Positions 48,102 through 57,315 of a stretch of DNA of 64,000 nucleotides are shown piece by piece. The notes under the pieces are model-generated. The model was given only the letters and a program-made list of their open reading frames with translations. It was not told the DNA's origin and searched no databases. Positions within the stretch are counted from its first letter, which is position 1. Every line of letters begins with the position of its first letter. The stretch is from Chthoniobacterales bacterium (GTDB lineage: Bacteria; Verrucomicrobiota; Verrucomicrobiia; Chthoniobacterales; UBA10450): assembly GCA_036385955.1 (NCBI GenBank), contig DASVJK010000015.1:13040-77039 (forward strand). The letters run 5' to 3'. The position numbers and the translations under genes are program-made.

Positions 48102-48953
48102 ATGGGTGCGACGCTCTGGAAAATTGCGGGCCAGACGATCGACCTTTCGCGGCGAGGAATGATTATGGGGATCCTCAATGTGACGCCAGATTCGTTTTCT
48201 GACGGCGGCGAGTTCTTCACGACCGAGAAGGCCATCGAACATGGCTCGCGCATGGCCGCCGCCGGGGCACGGATTATCGACGTGGGAGGGGAATCGACCC
48301 GCCCCGGCGCGGAACCGGTTTCGGCAGAAGAGGAATTGGCGCGGGTCCTGCCGGTGATCGCGAAATTGCACGAGAAGGTCTCGGCGTTTATTTCGATCGA
48401 CACGACCAAAGCTGCGGTCGCGCTCGGAGCGCTGGAAGCCGGAGCATCGATCATCAATGACGTGACCGGTGGACGCGCCGATCCCGAGATGATGAAGCTC
48501 GCGGCCGAAAAGAAAACCGCCTTTATCGTCATGCACATGCAAGGTACTCCGCGAACAATGCAAACGAATCCGCACTACGATGACGTCGTCACTGAGGTGG
48601 CTGATTTTTTTCGACAACAATATGCGCGCGCCATAGAGTGCGGCATTGATTCCATGGCCATCGCGTTTGATCCGGGAATTGGATTCGGTAAAACCGTTGA
48701 GCACAATCTCGAGTTGCTCTCCAACCTCCCACGTCTCCGGGTTCATGATCGGCCGATTGTGGTCGGCGTTTCACGCAAATCTTCCCTCGGCAAGATGATT
48801 GGATCGGCCCAGATGAGCGATCGCCTTGCGCCAACAATCGCTTTCACTGCGATGCTGCGCGAACGCGGTGCCAACGTCCTGCGGGTGCATGACGTCAAAG
48901 AAAACGCGGCTGCTTTGCGCGTCACGGAAAGACTTCTCGAAACCGCTAAATGA
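48102..48953 (+). CDS. folP: dihydropteroate synthase
   Basis: Motifs MGILNVTPDSFSDGG, IIDVGGESTRPG, SIDT and RVHDV. Confidence 0.9.
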   Translation: MGATLWKIAGQTIDLSRRGMIMGILNVTPDSFSDGGEFFTTEKAIEHGSRMAAAGARIIDVGGESTRPGAEPVSAEEELARVLPVIAKLHEKVSAFISIDTTKAAVALGALEAGASIINDVTGGRADPEMMKLAAEKKTAFIVMHMQGTPRTMQTNPHYDDVVTEVADFFRQQYARAIECGIDSMAIAFDPGIGFGKTVEHNLELLSNLPRLRVHDRPIVVGVSRKSSLGKMIGSAQMSDRLAPTIAFTAMLRERGANVLRVHDVKENAAALRVTERLLETAK

Positions 48954-49825
48954 CTCAGCAAATCGTTCAGCTCTGGATTGGAAAATGGAGAAGTCTCATC
49001 GAGATCATCCTGCTGAGTGTGGGGATTTACTATGGCTATCTCTACTTTCGCGGGACGCGTGGCGCCAAAGTCCTCACAGGTTTGGCGATCGTTTTTTTGA
49101 CCCTGACGCTGATTTCACAACTACTGAATCTCGTTGTCATTGGCTGGATCATCCGCAGCTTTTCCGTCTTCCTGGCCGTTGCCCTTGTCGTGATTTTTCA
49201 ACCGGAGCTGCGTCGCGGCCTGGCCGAGCTGGGCGGACACCCAATTTTTTCCCTCACGAGTGAAAAGCGCGAGACGGTGCACGATATCGCTGAGGCTGTA
49301 ACCCAGCTGGCGAACAAGCAGTTCGGGGCGCTCATTGCGATTGAACGCGATACCTCAATTCGCGTTTACGAAGAGACCGGCGTGATCATCGATTCAGTTT
49401 TTTCGGTCGAGCTTCTCCTGACGCTCTTTCATCCGAAAGCCGCCCTGCATGATGGCGGAGTGATCGTGCGCAACGGACGCATTGCCGCCGCCGCTTGCAT
49501 CTTCCCGGTAAGCCAGCGGGAAACACTCGATCGGAGCCTCGGTCTGCGACATCGCGCCGGTTTGGGAATCACTGAGGAATCAGATGCGATCGCGGTGGTT
49601 GTTTCGGAGGAGACCGGCGGGATTTCGATCTGCCACCGGCGGCGGATCGAGCGCAATTTTACTCCGGAAACATTCCGAAAGCGCATTGGCGAGATTCTCC
49701 TGCAAGGCACTTATGAAGAAACTGATCCTGAACAATTGGCGGGCGAAATTGATCTCCCTCCTACTCGCGACAACCCTTTGGTACCTCATCAAAAAGAACG
49801 TAGCAACGACACCCTCGCTGTCTGA
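48950..49825 (+). CDS. cdaA: diadenylate cyclase, membrane-anchored (CdaA/DacA type)
   Basis: ATGA overlap with folP. It has three N-terminal TM segments and a DAC domain with the DGA (LHDGGVIV) and RHR (GLRHRAGLG) motifs, plus VVSEETGGISI. Confidence 0.88.
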   Translation: MTQQIVQLWIGKWRSLIEIILLSVGIYYGYLYFRGTRGAKVLTGLAIVFLTLTLISQLLNLVVIGWIIRSFSVFLAVALVVIFQPELRRGLAELGGHPIFSLTSEKRETVHDIAEAVTQLANKQFGALIAIERDTSIRVYEETGVIIDSVFSVELLLTLFHPKAALHDGGVIVRNGRIAAAACIFPVSQRETLDRSLGLRHRAGLGITEESDAIAVVVSEETGGISICHRRRIERNFTPETFRKRIGEILLQGTYEETDPEQLAGEIDLPPTRDNPLVPHQKERSNDTLAV

Positions 49826-49865
49826 CGAGCCGGGGGGACAATCCGCTCTGACAGAGAAGCGCTAG
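49713..49865 (+). CDS. possible truncated CdaR/YbbR-like TM anchor (50 aa), uncertain
   Basis: MKKLILNNWRAKLISLLLATTLWYLI... resembles the N-terminal anchor of YbbR/CdaR proteins, but no YbbR domains follow. It overlaps the cdaA 3' end by 113 nt in another frame. Confidence 0.3.
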   Translation: MKKLILNNWRAKLISLLLATTLWYLIKKNVATTPSLSDEPGGQSALTEKR

Positions 49866-50314
49866 CGCAAAAAACGCGCGAGATTCTCTTCTTCCCAGCG
49901 CCGCGCCCGCCGGTAACTCGGGAACTCGCGTTCGCGGCTGTAGAATTTTTCGGTGTGGACCCGTCGCCGGCCATCGGCCCCCACCTCATCCGGCACCACC
50001 GAGTGCAACATTTCGTGGTAAAGCACGTACTGGAGAAACCAAAGCGGAACAAAGGGCTGATCCAAAAGGGGATTGATCCGGATGACGCGGTCTTCTTCCT
50101 GAATTGTCCCGAAGATGAAATATTCCTTTGGACGTCGCTTTTGTCGTCGGCCCCACATCACTTTATATCCGCGTAAGCGACCACGGAAATGGTGCTCGTT
50201 CAGCCGATCGAAAATTGCGCGGAGATCGAAATATTTTCCTTCATGCTGCAGATTGAGTTGCCGCTGCATCGGCAATTTCGGGTGGGCTATTTTTCGTTTC
50301 GTTTTCTTTGCCAT
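49862..50314 (-). CDS. SprT-like / DUF45-type zinc metallopeptidase-fold protein
   Basis: The ATG at 50314 gives MAKKTKRKIAH.... The HExxH motif is in YVLYHEMLHSV. Confidence 0.65.
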   Translation of the reverse strand: MAKKTKRKIAHPKLPMQRQLNLQHEGKYFDLRAIFDRLNEHHFRGRLRGYKVMWGRRQKRRPKEYFIFGTIQEEDRVIRINPLLDQPFVPLWFLQYVLYHEMLHSVVPDEVGADGRRRVHTEKFYSREREFPSYRRARRWEEENLARFLR

Positions 50315-50711
50315 GATGCGTTCCCTAGATTGAAATAACCCCCAACCTACGAGCATTTTACTGGGCTTCGTCTGGGTTCACAAGTGAAGGCGTAGAAAAA
50401 TTAATACATTCCTTCAAATAATTGGTAATCAGTGTGTTATATCACTGGATCTCGCAATTATGAGAAATAGCTGCGATATGAGAATCGGCTGGGCATTTCG
50501 GCTATGAAAAAGACTACAAAGCGTTGGAGGTCAGCGTAATGGCGTTGATTTCGTCGAAGCCTAAGTGGTCTGTAATTCTCCCTTCCGTGGGGCCCGGTTG
50601 GCGTCGACCACTTCGCTATTCGACGCACAAGCCGTGAGTCGACGAGGAATGCAAGGATGATCCCGTTTTACGGGAATCCAGAGTGCGCTTATACTCCGCC
50701 GCGCTCTCAAC

Positions 50712-51827
50712 ATGACACCGCTCCTGAGAAAATTGCTTGGCCTTAACTGGCTCCTGCTCGCGAACATGCTGGCCCTGGCGGTCTTCGGTGTTGTCGCGAT
50801 ATACAGCGCAACTTATATGCGCGAAGACTCTGTCTCCGCTGAGTTCTGGCGCAAGCAAGCCAATTGGGTGGCGGTTGGCTTTTTTGCCTTCATGGTCACA
50901 AGCCTGATTGATTATCGATGGATCCGCTGGGGCGCTCTCCCGATGTATCTAGCGGGCCTGGGCTTTTTGATTCTGACCAAATTCATGGGGACGAAAGTGT
51001 ACGGGTCGCGCAGCTGGCTTCATCTGGGACCGATTAATTTTCAGCCGGCTCAGCTGGCGGTCGTCGCCGGAATTATGGTGCTCGCTTTGTTTCTTAGTCA
51101 GTTCCGCGAGATGCATCCCATGCTTCGGCTGCTGCTTTGCGGCGTAATTGTCGGGGCGCCGTGTCTTCTCATTCTGATGCAACCGGACTTGGGGGAGGTT
51201 ATCATTTGGGGACCAGTTTTGCTGGCATTGTTATTCGTCGGTGGAATACCGCTTCGCTATTTGATTTGCATATTGCTCATTGTCGCGACTGCGATTCCCC
51301 TGGCCGCGAACCTTGGCTTGAAGGCGTACCAACAGGACCGCCTCACCGCATTCGTTCATCCGGAGATCGATCCGAGAGGTGCGTCGTGGGCGATCAATCA
51401 ATCGCTCATTGCCATCGGCTCCGGCGGTTGGTCCGGAAAAGGGTTTAAGGCGCCCAATACGCAAATCGAACTCGGTTTCCTCCCCGCCACCGCCGTGCAC
51501 AACGATTACATCTTCTCGGCCATCGGGGAACAATGGGGCTTCGTCGGGGGAATGTTTCTGATCGGCGCCTTCGGGCTGCTGATTTTGACCTGTCTCTTCG
51601 TCGCCTTTTTCGCCGGAGACCAATTTGGGCTCCTTCTCGTGATCGGAATTACCGCACTCATTTTCACCCACATTTTTCAGAACGTCGGAATGACCATTTC
51701 GATGCTGCCCATCACGGGTGTGCCGTTGCCGCTGATCAGTTACAGCGGTTCCTTCGTGCTTATGATTATGTTCGGCCTCGGAATCGTGAATAGCGTCTGG
51801 GTGCACCGAAACGCGCTGGAGCGCTGA
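50712..51827 (+). CDS. rodA: SEDS-family peptidoglycan glycosyltransferase (RodA/FtsW), RodA-like by size
   Basis: 371 aa with about 10 TM segments. Motifs: NFQPAQLAVVAGIMVLA, QPDLGEVII, HNDYIFSAIGEQWGFVGG and ITGVPLPLISYSGS. Confidence 0.8.
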   Translation: MTPLLRKLLGLNWLLLANMLALAVFGVVAIYSATYMREDSVSAEFWRKQANWVAVGFFAFMVTSLIDYRWIRWGALPMYLAGLGFLILTKFMGTKVYGSRSWLHLGPINFQPAQLAVVAGIMVLALFLSQFREMHPMLRLLLCGVIVGAPCLLILMQPDLGEVIIWGPVLLALLFVGGIPLRYLICILLIVATAIPLAANLGLKAYQQDRLTAFVHPEIDPRGASWAINQSLIAIGSGGWSGKGFKAPNTQIELGFLPATAVHNDYIFSAIGEQWGFVGGMFLIGAFGLLILTCLFVAFFAGDQFGLLLVIGITALIFTHIFQNVGMTISMLPITGVPLPLISYSGSFVLMIMFGLGIVNSVWVHRNALER

Positions 51828-51894
51828 GCTGAGACCGCGCCAAGGCCCCGCAGTTTACTTTCGCAGTCTGCGTCCCTAAAATCCGCGGCGCCGC

Positions 51895-52623
51895 ATGGAA
51901 ACTGATTACAAGGTCAAGCTCGAGATTTTCGAAGGTCCGCTCGATCTGCTGCTTTACCTGATCAAGCAAGACGAGATTAACATTTACGAAATCTCGCTCG
52001 AACGGATCACCAGCCAGTACCTCGAATATCTCCAGGCTTTCAAGGAGTTAAACATCGACATCGCGGGCGAATTCATCGTCATGGCTGCGAATCTGATTTA
52101 CCTGAAAAGCCGCAGCCTCTTGCCGGTTGATCAGCAACCCCCTGACGAAGATGCGGCTGAGGATGATCCACGTTGGGACCTGATTCGGCAGCTGATCGAA
52201 TACAAGAAATTTAAGGAAGCAGCCGCGCAATTACATATGCGCGCCTTGGAACAGGAGCGGATCTTCGAGCGCGCCGGAACCGGGTCTGGAGCAACCATCC
52301 TTGCACCTCATCCGCTTGGGGAAGTTGGCATTTTCCAATTGATCAACGCTCTCCAGACCGTCATCAAACGGGTGGAAGCCCGGGAAGATTTGCGCGAAAT
52401 TTTCGGCGAGCATTTCACCGTCTCAGAGAAGATCGATTCAATCTTGCAGCGCGTCTCGGGTGGCGTGGCGTTGAAATTTTCAGAGCTGTTCGCCGAGATT
52501 GCGTCACGGGTTGAGATTGTCGTGACGTTTCTCGCGTTGCTTGAATTGATTCGTCTCAAACAGGTTTGGGTCACGCAAATGAATCCGTTCGACGAAATCG
52601 AGATCGCATCCACCTCGAACTAG
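51895..52623 (+). CDS. scpA: segregation and condensation protein A
   Basis: The N-terminal FEGPLDLLLYLIKQDEINIYEISLERITSQYLEYL is a typical ScpA kleisin motif. Confidence 0.85.
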   Translation: METDYKVKLEIFEGPLDLLLYLIKQDEINIYEISLERITSQYLEYLQAFKELNIDIAGEFIVMAANLIYLKSRSLLPVDQQPPDEDAAEDDPRWDLIRQLIEYKKFKEAAAQLHMRALEQERIFERAGTGSGATILAPHPLGEVGIFQLINALQTVIKRVEAREDLREIFGEHFTVSEKIDSILQRVSGGVALKFSELFAEIASRVEIVVTFLALLELIRLKQVWVTQMNPFDEIEIASTSN

Positions 52624-52640
52624 CGAAACGGACGAAGCCC

Positions 52641-53498
52641 ATGCCGCGAATTTTGATCGCCGGTTGCGGATACGTCGGGCAAGCAACCGCCGATCTTCTT
52701 CATGAGCGGGGATGGAAGGTCGAGGGATGGACGGCCTCCGCACAATCGTCCGGGCAACTTGCCGCCAAGCCGTACGCCGTCCGTTCCGTCGACATCACCA
52801 ATCCCGCTGCGGTATCAGCCGCTCGCGAGGAATTCGATGTTGTCATTCAATGCGCGAGCTCTGGCGGTGGCGACGCGGAAGAATATCGTCGGATTTATTT
52901 GGAGGGGACGCGGACCCTCCTTCACGCTTTCCCGCGTACCAGTCTGCTTTTCACGAGCAGCACGAGCGTTTATGCCCAAAAACGTGGAGACATCGTGGAT
53001 GAGACGAGTCCGGCCAATCCTGCTCACGAGAGAGGACAGATTTTGCGCGAAGCCGAAGAGCTTGTTCTTTCGCACAACGGAATGGTGGCGCGGCTGGGAG
53101 GAATTTATGGACCGGGTCGTTCTTTTCTTCTGCGCAAGTTTCTCGCAGGTGAAGCAGTGCTCGATGACGCAGATGATCGCTTTGTCAACCAGGCACATCG
53201 CGACGACATCGTGTCAGCATTGTTTCTTCTGGCGGAGCAGCGAGCCGATCTCGGACGCCAGATCTATAATGTGGTGGATGATCAACCAATCCTGGCGCGC
53301 GACGCTTACCAGTGGTTAAGCGCGAGCTTGCAGCGGTCTTTGCCAACGAGAAAGGTCGCCGCCGGGAGGAAGCGCGGAGACAGTAATAAGCGAGTATCTA
53401 ATAGGAAGCTGCGCGCTCTCGGATGGGAGCCCCGTTACCCGAATTTTGTCGTCGCCATGACGGAAAGTGTCCTCCCAAGTTTCGGATTGGAGCGATAA
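52641..53498 (+). CDS. NAD(P)-binding extended-SDR / epimerase-family protein
   Basis: The ATG at 52641 gives MPRILIAGCGYVGQ, a Rossmann GxGxxG motif. A later YAQKR-type segment is also present. Confidence 0.7.
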   Translation: MPRILIAGCGYVGQATADLLHERGWKVEGWTASAQSSGQLAAKPYAVRSVDITNPAAVSAAREEFDVVIQCASSGGGDAEEYRRIYLEGTRTLLHAFPRTSLLFTSSTSVYAQKRGDIVDETSPANPAHERGQILREAEELVLSHNGMVARLGGIYGPGRSFLLRKFLAGEAVLDDADDRFVNQAHRDDIVSALFLLAEQRADLGRQIYNVVDDQPILARDAYQWLSASLQRSLPTRKVAAGRKRGDSNKRVSNRKLRALGWEPRYPNFVVAMTESVLPSFGLER

Positions 53499-53545
53499 AA
53501 TCGGCCACTCGGGGCCGGTATGGAAGCTGCTCAGAAAAAATTCGT

Positions 53546-53812
53546 ATGCGTCACATCAAACTCAGCGGTCGCGAGGCGACGGTCGTGCGCGCGATTGGCT
53601 TTACCGAAGCGATGATGGGCGCGGAGATTCACGATTACACCAACATGGAGGTCGAAGACGTGACCGACACGCTCAACAGCTTAATGTCGGCCGGGTACGT
53701 GGAGAGCGTCCCGTATTACGAAGAGGTGCAAATCGCAGAAATGCCTGTCACGGCGTTCGAATTGAATCCGGCTTACGTGCTGGAATTGAAGCAGGCGCTT
53801 TTTCGTCGATAG
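53546..53812 (+). CDS. hypothetical small acidic protein (88 aa)
   Basis: It is an ATG-initiated ORF with protein-like composition. I recognised no family. Confidence 0.35.
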   Translation: MRHIKLSGREATVVRAIGFTEAMMGAEIHDYTNMEVEDVTDTLNSLMSAGYVESVPYYEEVQIAEMPVTAFELNPAYVLELKQALFRR

Positions 53813-53814
53813 GT

Positions 53815-54849
53815 TCAGCCTTTTGCATTGGCTGAAACTGCGGTCTCCTTGGAGTCGCGCAAAGCATTACGCTCGCCGAAAAGCTGGCGGATGACCTCTT
53901 CCACGGGGAGTTCCTGGACATTGATATCGATCACGGCACACCCCTCGAGCACCTGACGGCAGGTTTCAGTCACTTTGGCGCGCGGCACCTTCAGCTGCAC
54001 GGAAACCGGCGTCTGTGCGATGACTTCGCCTAATAACGAAAAGTCTCGTTCGCCGGCGTCCTGAAACGTCAGGCTGATAATCTTGTACCCGGAGAAGCGA
54101 TCGATGATGGAATTGAGCGGTCCATCAAAAAAGATTTTGCCGTGATCGATAATGATGACGCGATCACAAAGCTCTTCAATGTCCTGCATGTAATGACTTG
54201 TCAGCATCGTCACAATCCGGTGCTCGGAGTTGTAGAGCCGCAGAAATTCGCGGACGCGCTTCTGACTCACGACATCGAGCCCGATGGTCGGTTCATCGAG
54301 GAAAAGGACGCGGGGCTCGTGGATGAGCGCCGAGATCAATTCCATCTTCATACGCTCGCCTAACGAAAGCTCGCGCACCATTACGTTCATCTTGTCCTGG
54401 ACGTCCAGGAGCTCGCTCAAGCCGCCGACCACTTTCTTGAAACGGTCGCGCTCGATTCCGTAGATGGCGCGATTGAGTTCCAGCGATTCCTGCGCGGGAA
54501 GGTCCCACCAAAGCGCGTTCTTCTGTCCCATGAGCAGGCTAAACTGACGCTTCATTTCGTTGCGCCGTTCCCACGGAATGAAACCGAGCACGCGCGCATC
54601 GCCCGAGGTTGGATTGAGCAGGCCGGACAGCATCTTGAGGACGGTTGTTTTGCCGGCGCCGTTTGGCCCCAGGAACCCGACAAGCTCACCTTCTTCGATG
54701 GTAAATGAGACATCGTCTGCAGCGCGGGTCTCCTCATGTTTTCGCCTAACGAGTCCTTTGATCGACCCGCGCAGACCGCTTTCCTTCCGGTAGGTCCGGT
54801 ATATCTTGGTCAGACCGCGTGATTCGATGACACTCATGTGCTTTGCCAT
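53815..54849 (-). CDS. ABC transporter ATP-binding protein (ABC-2/COG4586-like) with a C-terminal extra domain
   Basis: Walker A GPNGAGKTT, signature LSLGERMK, Walker B VLFLDEPTIGLD and the H-loop TSHYM. Confidence 0.88.
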   Translation of the reverse strand: MAKHMSVIESRGLTKIYRTYRKESGLRGSIKGLVRRKHEETRAADDVSFTIEEGELVGFLGPNGAGKTTVLKMLSGLLNPTSGDARVLGFIPWERRNEMKRQFSLLMGQKNALWWDLPAQESLELNRAIYGIERDRFKKVVGGLSELLDVQDKMNVMVRELSLGERMKMELISALIHEPRVLFLDEPTIGLDVVSQKRVREFLRLYNSEHRIVTMLTSHYMQDIEELCDRVIIIDHGKIFFDGPLNSIIDRFSGYKIISLTFQDAGERDFSLLGEVIAQTPVSVQLKVPRAKVTETCRQVLEGCAVIDINVQELPVEEVIRQLFGERNALRDSKETAVSANAKG

Positions 54850-54877
54850 GAGCGACCGCCCGCCGATTTCTCGACGT

Positions 54878-56806
54878 TCACGCGGCGCTCGATTGCGCTT
54901 TCGCGTCTTTCCGCTTCAGAAGCGGCAGGACCTTTTCCACGAGCGCGTCTGCCGTAATGCCGTGCTTCTTCCGAAGGATCGGTATCGTGCCGTGTTCGAC
55001 AAACTGATCGGGCCAGCCAATCCGCACCACCGGCGTATTGATCATCTGGCTGTGCAGATGCTCCATCACGGCGCAGCCGAAACCGTTGTGCAAGACGTGG
55101 TCCTCGATCGTGCAGATGATGTCGACGCTGCGCGCAAAAAACTCCAGGGTTCCCGTGTCGAGCGGCTTGATCCAACGCGGATTGATGAGTGCGACCGAAA
55201 TGCCTTTTTCTTCCAGCTTGCGCGCCGCTTCTTCCGCCACTTCGAACATGTTTCCCAATCCGAAAATGGCTACGTCACGGCCGTGTTGCACGACCTCGGC
55301 CTTGCCGATCTCGAGCAGTTTGGGAGACGCCTTGGGGACGGCACCTGTGCCAGGGCCACGCGGGTAACGAATGGCGATCGGTCCAGAATTGTAGTTGGCT
55401 ATAGTCCAGAGCATGTCGACGAATTCATCTTCATTCTTCGGCTGCATGTGAACGAAATTGGGGATGTGCCGCAGATAGCCAATATCGAAAAGTCCGTGAT
55501 GCGTCGGACCATCATCTCCGCTCAGTCCGGCGCGATCCATGCAAAGCGCGACGTTCAAATTCTGAAGCGCGATGTCGTGGATAATCATGTCGTAAGCGCG
55601 TTGCATGAAGGTCGAGTAAATGGTCAGAAACGGCTTCAGGCCCTGCGTGGCCAGACCGCAGGCGAAGAGCGCCGCATGTTCCTCCGCGATTCCGACATCG
55701 AAGTAACGCGTTGGATGTTGGGCCTGGAAAAATCCGAGACCTGTTCCGCTAGGCATGGCAGCGGTGATCGCGACAATTTTTTGATTTGAATCAGCAAATT
55801 TCGCCAGCGTCTTGCCCATGAGTTCCGAATAGGTTGGCGTGGCGGCCGCGGCGGTTTCGCCAGTGTCGGGGGCGAACTTTCCGAGACCATGGAATTTGTC
55901 GGGTTTCGCGATCGCCGGCTGATAGCCTTTCCCCTTCTTGGTCAGGATGTGCAGCAGGACCGGCTCGTCCTGGCTCTTGAGAAACTCGAATGTCTTCGTC
56001 AGCAGGGGAATATCATGGCCATCGATCGGGCCGTAGTACCGCAAGCCCAACTCCTCGAAGATCACGCTGGGTAGGAGCAAGTTCTTCACGCCCTCCTCGA
56101 CTTTGTGCGCGAACTCGACCGCGCTGCGGCCCGCGACCGCTTCGATGAAACGCCGCGCTTTATCATGCAGGCCGGCGTAGGTCGGGTTGGCGACGATATT
56201 GTTCAGGTAACTCGCGATCGCGCCGACATTCTTGGCAATAGACCATTCGTTGTCGTTCAGCACGACGATGAAGCGCCGCGTTTGCGACTTCGCGTTGTTG
56301 AGCGCTTCATAACTTATCCCGCAAGTGAAGGCGGCATCTCCGGCCACGACGACGACATTCTCATTTCCGCCGCGAAGATCACGGCCGACCGCCATCCCCA
56401 ACCCCGCGGATAAGGCCGTGCCCGCGTGTCCGGCGCCGTAGCAATCATGTTCGCTCTCGGTCCGGAGCAAAAAGCCGTTCAACCCCTGGTATTGCCGCAT
56501 CGTGCCGATTCGGTCGAGACGGCCCGTAAACATCTTGTGGACGTAACCCTGGTGGCTGACGTCGAAGACAAATCTGTCCTTGGGGGTTTCGAAGACGCGA
56601 TGCAGAGCGATCGTCAGCTCGACGACGCCGAGGTTCGGACCGAGGTGGCCGCCGGTTTGCGACAAGACCTTTATCAGCTCATCGCGCACTTCCTGTGCGA
56701 GCTGCGGCAGATCCTGCTCGCGCAGAGCTTTTACGTCCGCCGGAGAATGGATGCCATCGAGCAGTCGCGTGGAGCTCGTTGGCTCAGAAGAGTCTGACTT
56801 CGTCAT
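54878..56806 (-). CDS. dxs: 1-deoxy-D-xylulose-5-phosphate synthase
   Basis: Motifs GGHLGPNLGVVELTIALH, VFDVSHQGY and the TPP motif VVAGDAAFTCGISYEALNN. The start was set at the ATG at 56806 (MTKSDSS), which is preceded by AGGAGA. The track's 56854 start is a TTG. Confidence 0.93.
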   Translation of the reverse strand: MTKSDSSEPTSSTRLLDGIHSPADVKALREQDLPQLAQEVRDELIKVLSQTGGHLGPNLGVVELTIALHRVFETPKDRFVFDVSHQGYVHKMFTGRLDRIGTMRQYQGLNGFLLRTESEHDCYGAGHAGTALSAGLGMAVGRDLRGGNENVVVVAGDAAFTCGISYEALNNAKSQTRRFIVVLNDNEWSIAKNVGAIASYLNNIVANPTYAGLHDKARRFIEAVAGRSAVEFAHKVEEGVKNLLLPSVIFEELGLRYYGPIDGHDIPLLTKTFEFLKSQDEPVLLHILTKKGKGYQPAIAKPDKFHGLGKFAPDTGETAAAATPTYSELMGKTLAKFADSNQKIVAITAAMPSGTGLGFFQAQHPTRYFDVGIAEEHAALFACGLATQGLKPFLTIYSTFMQRAYDMIIHDIALQNLNVALCMDRAGLSGDDGPTHHGLFDIGYLRHIPNFVHMQPKNEDEFVDMLWTIANYNSGPIAIRYPRGPGTGAVPKASPKLLEIGKAEVVQHGRDVAIFGLGNMFEVAEEAARKLEEKGISVALINPRWIKPLDTGTLEFFARSVDIICTIEDHVLHNGFGCAVMEHLHSQMINTPVVRIGWPDQFVEHGTIPILRKKHGITADALVEKVLPLLKRKDAKAQSSAA

Positions 56807-57098
56807 TTGCGGTTTCTCCTTTTTCGTCCGATTTCGCAACGCGCTCTTTTTCAACCGTCGGTTCGAAATCCTTTACGATCGGCTTGCCTGCAGTGTTGCG
56901 GGTGATGATTTCAATTCTTTGCTCTGCGCTGGCCAGGCGTTCCTGACAAACCTTCACCAGCTTCATTCCTTCTTCGTAACGCACAATGAGCTCTTCCAGC
57001 ATCATTTTACCAGACTCCATTTGTTCTACGATTTCCTCGAGCCGATCCATGGCGCCTTCGAAATTTTGCCCTGGTTCGGTTTTCTTTGCGGTCGGCAT
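56784..57098 (-). CDS. xseB: exodeoxyribonuclease VII small subunit with an extended C-terminal tail
   Basis: The ATG at 57098 gives ...NFEGAMDRLEEIVEQMESGKMMLEELIVRYEEGMKLVKVCQERL, which is the XseB pattern. A tail of about 30 aa overlaps the dxs start by 23 nt. Confidence 0.75.
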   Translation of the reverse strand: MPTAKKTEPGQNFEGAMDRLEEIVEQMESGKMMLEELIVRYEEGMKLVKVCQERLASAEQRIEIITRNTAGKPIVKDFEPTVEKERVAKSDEKGETANDEVRLF

Positions 57099-57315
57099 AG
57101 GAAAGCTGAAGCAATTAAGCATAGGGACGGTGGATAAAAAGCGCGACTTCTGCCAGAACGGGGTGTTTCATCGCAGTAATTTCCTCGAATTGCTGGTGGA
57201 GAAACCCGAGGGAAATGCACTGACAAACTGGTTCAATTCCTGCTCATGTTTTTTATCCAGAATCTATTGCCTCCTCAGCAAACTGAGGCTCTTCTGCGGC
57301 TGCGGCTCTAATATT

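Noticed and set aside
54806-55789. 327-aa plus-strand ORF.
   Set aside because: It is fully antisense to dxs, which has unambiguous motifs. Its composition is Arg/Asp/Val-rich mirror-frame noise.
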